In this document: piece after piece, positions 58,761 to 64,000 of the stretch
Layout of the letters: each line of letters starts with the position of its first letter
Position numbering within the stretch: the first letter of the stretch is position 1
Assembly: GCA_047285805.1 (NCBI GenBank)
Contig: JBJBCN010000002.1
Span: 64,001 to 128,000 of the forward strand
Origin: Synechococcus sp.
Lineage (GTDB): Bacteria > Cyanobacteriota > Cyanobacteriia > PCC-6307 > Cyanobiaceae
Direction of reading: 5' to 3'
DNA length: 64,000 bases
The notes under the pieces: model-generated
The model's database searches: none
What the model saw: only the letters and a program-made list of their open reading frames with translations
Told to the model about the DNA's origin: nothing
Translations under genes and position numbers: made by a program

Positions 58761-59477
58761 GTGACCAGGCCTGCCGCCGAGCGGATCATCGTTGCCCTCG
58801 ACGGGATGGCCCCCGAGCAAGCCCTGGCCTTCAGCCGTAGCGTGCAGGGGTTGCGCTGGGTGAAGGTCGGCCTGGAGCTCTTCCTTCAGGCGGGTCCGGA
58901 CGTGGTGGCCCAGCTGCGGGAGCATGGTCAGCGGGTCTTCCTCGACCTGAAGTTCCACGACATTCCCGTCACCATGGCCGGCGCCTGCAGGCGCGCTGCA
59001 GCCCTGGGGGCGGAGCTGATCACCGTTCATGCCTGCGCCGGCAGTGAAGCTCTGCGGGCGGCCCAGGCCGCGGCCTGCGAGGGCGCCCAAGCGGCCGGTT
59101 TAGCTACCCCCACCCTGCTGGCGGTCACTGTGCTGACCAGTTGGGAGGAGCAGCGCCTGCAGCGGGAATTGGCCCTGTCTCAGACCATTGCCGAGCGGGT
59201 GCCATTCCTGGCGCAGCTGGCGGCTAGCGCCGGCATTGGCGGTTGCGTCTGCTCGCCCCTGGAGGCCGCCAGTCTGAGAGTGCAACACTCCGAACCGTTT
59301 GCCTTGGTGACCCCAGGGATTCGTCCCAAGGGCAGTGCTGTGGGGGATCAAGCCCGGGTTCTCGGTCCCGCTGAGGCCATCGCCGCCGGCGCCTCGCAGC
59401 TCGTCATCGGCCGCCCGATCACCAAGGCCGAGGACCCCTCGGAGGCCTTCGCCGCCTGCTGCGCCGAGCTGGCCTAG
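58761..59477 (+). CDS. pyrF: Orotidine-5'-phosphate decarboxylase
   Basis: [35 protein letters not shown]. Confidence 0.96.
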   Translation: MTRPAAERIIVALDGMAPEQALAFSRSVQGLRWVKVGLELFLQAGPDVVAQLREHGQRVFLDLKFHDIPVTMAGACRRAAALGAELITVHACAGSEALRAAQAAACEGAQAAGLATPTLLAVTVLTSWEEQRLQRELALSQTIAERVPFLAQLAASAGIGGCVCSPLEAASLRVQHSEPFALVTPGIRPKGSAVGDQARVLGPAEAIAAGASQLVIGRPITKAEDPSEAFAACCAELA

Positions 59478-60634
59478 GTGAGGACTGAACCGGCGGGACT
59501 GAGCTCGCCGTAGAGCCGCTCCAGCTGGTCGATGTTTTGCGTGAGGGTGTAGCGCTCAAGGGCCCGTTGGCGGGCGCGCCGTCCCAGTTCTTTTGTGAGG
59601 ATCGGTTGGTCCCGCAGGACCGGCAGCAGGGTGCGCAGCTGGGTGGTCACCCCTTGGGTGCTGATCACGACGCCGGCGCCGCCCTCCAGCACCTCCCCAT
59701 CGGCGCCCGCATCGGTGGCGACGCAGGCGGTACCACTGGCCATGGCCTCAAGTAGGGCCAAGGAGAGCCCCTCCACGAGGGAAGGCAAGAGGAAGATCTC
59801 GGCGAGCTGCAGCAGGGCCAAGCGGACGGTTTGGTCGGGTTCATGGCCCCACCAGAGGATCCCGACATCCTCGCCGTAGTTCTGCATCAGCGACTGGCGC
59901 ATCGGGCCATCGCCCACCACCACCAGCTGGCAGCCGCTCGGCTGGACCAACCTCCAAGCTCGCAGTAGCGCTTCGACGTTTTTCTCCGTCGCGATCCGCC
60001 CCATGTACAGGAACACCCGCTGGCCGCTGAAGCGTTGGCGCAGCTCTTGGAGTTGCAGGGAAGGCTCAGCAGGGTTGCCCGGATTCCAACGCTGGGGATC
60101 CACCCCGTTGGGAATGACCGCCAGGCGATGGCTGGGGACCCCGAGCCGCATGAGCACATCGGCCTGCAATTCCGAGAAGACCACCACCCGGTCGTACTTG
60201 GCCAGGGAGGGGGCGTAGAGCTGATAGGTCAGTTGTTGGGTGCCAGCGCTGAGGTTGCGCAGACTCGCGTCAAACGGGGGGTGGAAGGTAGCGACCAGCG
60301 GTAATCCGAGCTGCTGGCAGAGCTCGGGGAGCCTGAAATCCAGGGGCGAGAGGGTCAAGCTGGCGTGCACCAGATCCGGCTGCAGACGCTCTAGCGATTC
60401 CCGCAGTTCCCGCTGGGCGCCCGGTGAAGGAATCGTGTACACCTGCGACTTGACCAGATACGGCAGCACGACGTCGGGGCTGGTGGCCGTGTCCGAGGTG
60501 GTTGTGCCGGAGCTGTCGAAGTGAATGAAGCTGATCTCGTGGCCACGATCCCGCAGGGCCTCGGTGGTGGTCAGGCCGTAGGTGACGTTGCCGCAGAAGG
60601 GTGACTTTTTGCCCAGCCAGGCGATATGGGTCAC
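59474..60634 (-). CDS. Family 4 glycosyltransferase
   Basis: [29 protein letters not shown] (E-x7-E). Confidence 0.9.
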   Translation of the reverse strand: MTHIAWLGKKSPFCGNVTYGLTTTEALRDRGHEISFIHFDSSGTTTSDTATSPDVVLPYLVKSQVYTIPSPGAQRELRESLERLQPDLVHASLTLSPLDFRLPELCQQLGLPLVATFHPPFDASLRNLSAGTQQLTYQLYAPSLAKYDRVVVFSELQADVLMRLGVPSHRLAVIPNGVDPQRWNPGNPAEPSLQLQELRQRFSGQRVFLYMGRIATEKNVEALLRAWRLVQPSGCQLVVVGDGPMRQSLMQNYGEDVGILWWGHEPDQTVRLALLQLAEIFLLPSLVEGLSLALLEAMASGTACVATDAGADGEVLEGGAGVVISTQGVTTQLRTLLPVLRDQPILTKELGRRARQRALERYTLTQNIDQLERLYGELSPAGSVLT

Positions 60635-60662
60635 GCAGCGGCTATTCGACCAAGAGTCGAAA

Positions 60663-62012
60663 TTAGCAGCGTTTCCACGGCTGCTCGAGCAGCGCGGCGG
60701 CAACCGCCAGGCCCGCCAATGCCCAGAGCACCGGCAGGAGTCCATAGCGGCTGACGATAGCTCCGGCCAGCACCAGCGGCAGGCTCAAGGCGATGTTGAT
60801 CAGGTTGTTCTGTAATCCGAAAACCTTGCCCCGCATCGATTCTGGGGTGTCTTCCTGGATGGTGGTCTGGGCGGGTATAGCCAGTAGAGCGGCGCCGATG
60901 CCGAGCACCGCGCAGAGGGTGAGGGTGAAGCCCAGGCTGCCGCGGAGTTGCCCGAGCAGCACCAGGCTCCAGGCGATGGTCCCCAGGCCGGCGGAGGCAA
61001 GGCGACGGCGCTTGAAGCGATGGCCTATCTGTGCCACGGCGACGGCGCCCAGGGCAAGGCCGATGCCACTCATCGCCAGCAGGGTGCCGAATTGGGTGGG
61101 ACCTAGCTGACGAATCGCGGAGGCCAGGCTGATGGCCAGTACATAGAGCGCCGCTAGAAGGCTGTAAAGCAGCACCAGCTGGAGCATGGCGCTGCGCACG
61201 CTGGGGCGCTGCTTGAGCACCTCTAGGCCGTCGGTGATCTCTCGCCAGATGTTCTCGTCATGGCTGCGCTGCGGGGTTTCCTCGACGCGGATCCAGGCAA
61301 TCGATAGGGCCGCCAGGCCGTAGCAGAGGGGCAGCAGCGCGAACTCGCCGTTGGCGACGCCCAGAGCCCCTAGGCCGTATTTCAGAGCCCGCAGAATCGG
61401 ATCGCCCAGGGCGAAGCCGACGATCGTGGCGGCCATGCTTGTGGCTTGGTATAGCGAGTTCGCCGCCAGCAACTGGCGCGTGGGAACCAGCATGGGGATC
61501 GCGGCCTGTTCCGCAGGGGCGAAGAACTGGGTCAGCACCGACTCCAGAAAGGTGATGACCAGGAGGGCCCAATAGCCCCAGCTCAGTCCTAGCCAATGGG
61601 GACCATCCAGCAGGCAGAACGGCGTCAGAAGGGCCAGGCCAGCGCGGATGCCGTTGCTGGCCACCATCACTTCTCGTTTGCGCCAGCGATCGGCCCAAAC
61701 CCCAGCCACTAGTCCAAGCACCATGGCTGGGATGGTGTTGGCGACGTAGATCCCGGTGGCGAGCAGGGTGATCCATTGGGCCCGGCCTTCGATGCTCAGG
61801 TTGAAGGCCCCGGCGGCCTCCACGAGCGCTCCGCCCTCCGGTGGTGTCGCCACCGCCCAGTACTGGGCGATCAGGAAGACCATCAAGACGATGTAGAACT
61901 TGTCCGCTAGCTGGCTGAAGATCTGCCCAAGCCAGAGCTTGCGGAATTCGGGCAAGGCCAAGACCCCTTGCAGTCCCGTGTTTTTTCCTGGAGACCGCGG
62001 GGCGTCGCTCAC
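60663..62012 (-). CDS. MFS transporter (DHA3-like)
   Basis: FRKLWLGQIFSQLAD, AGVWADRW motif A, QFFAPA, RGKVFG; start estimated. Confidence 0.88.
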   Translation of the reverse strand: MSDAPRSPGKNTGLQGVLALPEFRKLWLGQIFSQLADKFYIVLMVFLIAQYWAVATPPEGGALVEAAGAFNLSIEGRAQWITLLATGIYVANTIPAMVLGLVAGVWADRWRKREVMVASNGIRAGLALLTPFCLLDGPHWLGLSWGYWALLVITFLESVLTQFFAPAEQAAIPMLVPTRQLLAANSLYQATSMAATIVGFALGDPILRALKYGLGALGVANGEFALLPLCYGLAALSIAWIRVEETPQRSHDENIWREITDGLEVLKQRPSVRSAMLQLVLLYSLLAALYVLAISLASAIRQLGPTQFGTLLAMSGIGLALGAVAVAQIGHRFKRRRLASAGLGTIAWSLVLLGQLRGSLGFTLTLCAVLGIGAALLAIPAQTTIQEDTPESMRGKVFGLQNNLINIALSLPLVLAGAIVSRYGLLPVLWALAGLAVAAALLEQPWKRC

Positions 62013-62017
62013 GTTCT

Positions 62018-62827
62018 TCAGGACCTTTCGGCTACCGATGATGCCCCATCGTTGAAGCACTGTCTCAACATCCGCCAGGAGCGGGCACTGCGGTTGAGGT
62101 GTTCGCGGCACCAGAGCTCGAGCATTTGCAGCAGCCGCAGCCAAACCCGCTCCGGTCCCATCAGTTCTCCATCGCGCTTGCGGGGTAAGGCCTGCCGCAG
62201 CAGCCTCTGCAGCAGGGCGAGCTCGGAGGCATTGAGGACCATCTGGGCGCCGGGCACGGCACCGATGACAAAGCCTTCGCTGGGCAGCAGGCTGCAGCGC
62301 CACTCCCAGTTCCCCAGGGGCGGGTCCAGAGGGAGTCCGCTGCGGCAGCACTCCGCCAGGGGGAGGGCATAGCCCCCCAGGGCAAGCAGGTGGGTGAGGC
62401 CCTGAACGCTGATAGCCAGGGCTTCGAGGTTGTCCTGTTTGTCCTTCACCACCAACTCCAGCCGGGACAGCTGAACCAGCAGGTCCTCGAGGACCCCTTC
62501 AATCGCGTCGCCGCTGGGCACCAGCAGCAGTGCCACCTCCGCGAGGCCCTGGGCCGCTGCCAAGGTCTCCAGTCGTTCCGCCAGGTTGGAAAAGTTGCGC
62601 AGGACCCGCAGTTGGCGCACGCGCTTCAGGCCGCTGCGCCCCCCCACCTGCAGGCTGAGCACCGCCAGGGGGACGGCGGCGGCCAGGGAACTCTTGGGTT
62701 TGCGGGCCCCTGGGGCTGCCAGTCGCACCAAGCCTTCTTCGTTGCTCAGGAGCGTGATAAGCCGGTCGCTTTCCCCGAGGGGACTGCTGCGCAGCACCAG
62801 GCCCTCCAGCCGCTGTTCTGGGCTCAC
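62018..62827 (-). CDS. recO: DNA repair protein RecO
   Basis: GLVLR...GESDRLITLL...G....APGARKPKS; Cys cluster. Confidence 0.9.
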   Translation of the reverse strand: MSPEQRLEGLVLRSSPLGESDRLITLLSNEEGLVRLAAPGARKPKSSLAAAVPLAVLSLQVGGRSGLKRVRQLRVLRNFSNLAERLETLAAAQGLAEVALLLVPSGDAIEGVLEDLLVQLSRLELVVKDKQDNLEALAISVQGLTHLLALGGYALPLAECCRSGLPLDPPLGNWEWRCSLLPSEGFVIGAVPGAQMVLNASELALLQRLLRQALPRKRDGELMGPERVWLRLLQMLELWCREHLNRSARSWRMLRQCFNDGASSVAERS

Positions 62828-63495
62828 GCGTCCTTCGCCCGCAGGGCCTCCATCAAGGCCACCCCTCGGCTGGTGCCCAGCCGGCTGGCGCCCGCTTCGA
62901 CGAGGGCATAGGCCTGCTCGAGGCTGCTGATGCCACCCGAGGCCTTAATGGCGGTGCGCCCCCGGGCGAGCTGGCGGAGCTGTTGGACCTGCTCGATGCT
63001 CGCGGCGGGTCCAAAACCACTGCTGGTCTTGAGCACGCTGGCGCCCACGTCGATGCTGGCTTCGACGGCCCACTCCAACACCTCTGGGGGCAGGCGCCCC
63101 ACCTCCAAGATCACCTTGAAGGGCAGCCCCAAGTCGGCGATTGGGGCCAGGTCCTCGCAGAACTGGGAACTGTTGCCATCGGCCAGGGCGCCAAAGTCCG
63201 GCACCACATCGAATTCATCTGCACCGGCGCTAGCGGCCCATTCCGCTTCCTGGCGTTTGATCTCCGCGGGGATGGCGCCAAAGGGGAAGCCGATCACGCT
63301 GATCAACTTCGGCCCCCGTCCGCCGCTGGGACCAAGCCGCTCGCGGGCGAGATCCAACCAGCGGGAGGCCAGGCAGACCCCGCCAAAGCCGAAGTGTTTG
63401 GCCTCGTCGCAGCAGCGCAGTACCGACTCGCGACCCTGATGGGGATCCAGCAGGGCGTGATCGATCAGGGGGGCGAGATCGGGCAGGTCGCGCAC
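62824..63495 (-). CDS. deoC: Deoxyribose-phosphate aldolase
   Basis: IDHALL, VIGFPFG, KVILE, KTSSGFG, KASGGI, RLGTS. Confidence 0.94.
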   Translation of the reverse strand: MRDLPDLAPLIDHALLDPHQGRESVLRCCDEAKHFGFGGVCLASRWLDLARERLGPSGGRGPKLISVIGFPFGAIPAEIKRQEAEWAASAGADEFDVVPDFGALADGNSSQFCEDLAPIADLGLPFKVILEVGRLPPEVLEWAVEASIDVGASVLKTSSGFGPAASIEQVQQLRQLARGRTAIKASGGISSLEQAYALVEAGASRLGTSRGVALMEALRAKDA

Positions 63496-63530
63496 GGTGG
63501 ACGCCGGAGGTTGACCTCCAGTGTCTGCGA

Positions 63531-64000
63531 TCAGGCCTTGGCCTGAATCACGCCAAAGCCTCCGTGGTTGCGCCGATAGACCACCTGCAGCTCACCGCTT
63601 TCGGCGTCGCGGAACATATAAAAGTCGTGGTCGATCAGCTCCAGCTGGTGCAGGGCCTCATCCAGGCCCATGGCGGCCATCGGGAAGTACTTGCGGCGCA
63701 CCCCCCGGCTGGGGAGGCCGGCTTCTTTGCCCTCCAGCAGGGAGCCGCTGATGCTGTCGTCGCCGGCCATCTCCACGACACTGGGAGTCTGGCTGGCGTG
63801 GTGACCGTGGCTGTGGTGGTGGTCGCCGTGGCGGTCCTTGTAGCGGCGTAGCTGCCGAGTCAGTTTCCCGGCCACCAAATCAATGCTGGCGTAGAGGTTC
63901 TCGCTGCGTTCTTGGGCGCGGATCACGGTGCCATTGGCGAAGACCGTCACCTCCGCGGTCTGTTGCGGAACCCGGGGATTGCGGGCTACCGAGAGATGCA
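63531..64000 (-). CDS. hpf: Long ribosome hibernation promoting factor (LrtA/HPF), 5' end outside the window
   Basis: AEVTVFANGTVIRAQERSENLYASID, C-terminal DHDFYMFRD...VVYRRNHGGFGVI. Confidence 0.92.
   Translation of the reverse strand, partial: HLSVARNPRVPQQTAEVTVFANGTVIRAQERSENLYASIDLVAGKLTRQLRRYKDRHGDHHHSHGHHASQTPSVVEMAGDDSISGSLLEGKEAGLPSRGVRRKYFPMAAMGLDEALHQLELIDHDFYMFRDAESGELQVVYRRNHGGFGVIQAKA

Noticed and set aside
1..64000. CRISPR array, IS element, or enrichment of HIP1 (GCGATCGC) or CTCGAG
   Set aside because: No spaced direct repeats or transposase were seen. The palindromes occur but are plausibly explained by GC content and Leu-Glu/Ala-Ile codons, and I could not count them against expectation.

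Overview
The window looks like picocyanobacterial (Synechococcus/Cyanobium-like) chromosome, GC-rich and mostly core genes. It holds a Zur-associated zinc-uptake cluster (1-6.9 kb), queD/hisIE, an RND efflux pair, a group-2 sigma factor cluster, cyAbrB, an SbcCD-like nuclease/ATPase pair, murD, tRNA-Val(GAC), serA, prmA, petF, psbV, rnz, nagB, truB, rpmA/rplU, kaiABC, nblS, purD/purC, bamA-lpxC-fabZ-lpxA-lpxB-msrA, pepA, tyrS, pyrF, recO, deoC and a partial hpf. I saw no rRNA, CRISPR array, transposase or integrase. The best leads for undescribed biology are: (i) a His/acid-rich outer-membrane beta-barrel inside a Zur-boxed znu operon, with zur inserted antisense within that operon and a Cys-motif three-gene permease module next to it; (ii) a GIY-YIG-like protein with two clamp-binding-like motifs, coupled to a tandem-HhH protein; (iii) a GNAT gene coupled to a Nif11-cupin fusion; (iv) a ~2 kb variable patch (54.6-56.5 kb) with two small membrane proteins (one absent from the ORF track), hairpins and a decayed response regulator; (v) a structured petF leader. 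All family assignments come from motif recognition by eye, with no database searches. Many start codons were moved from the ORF-track positions and are estimates.
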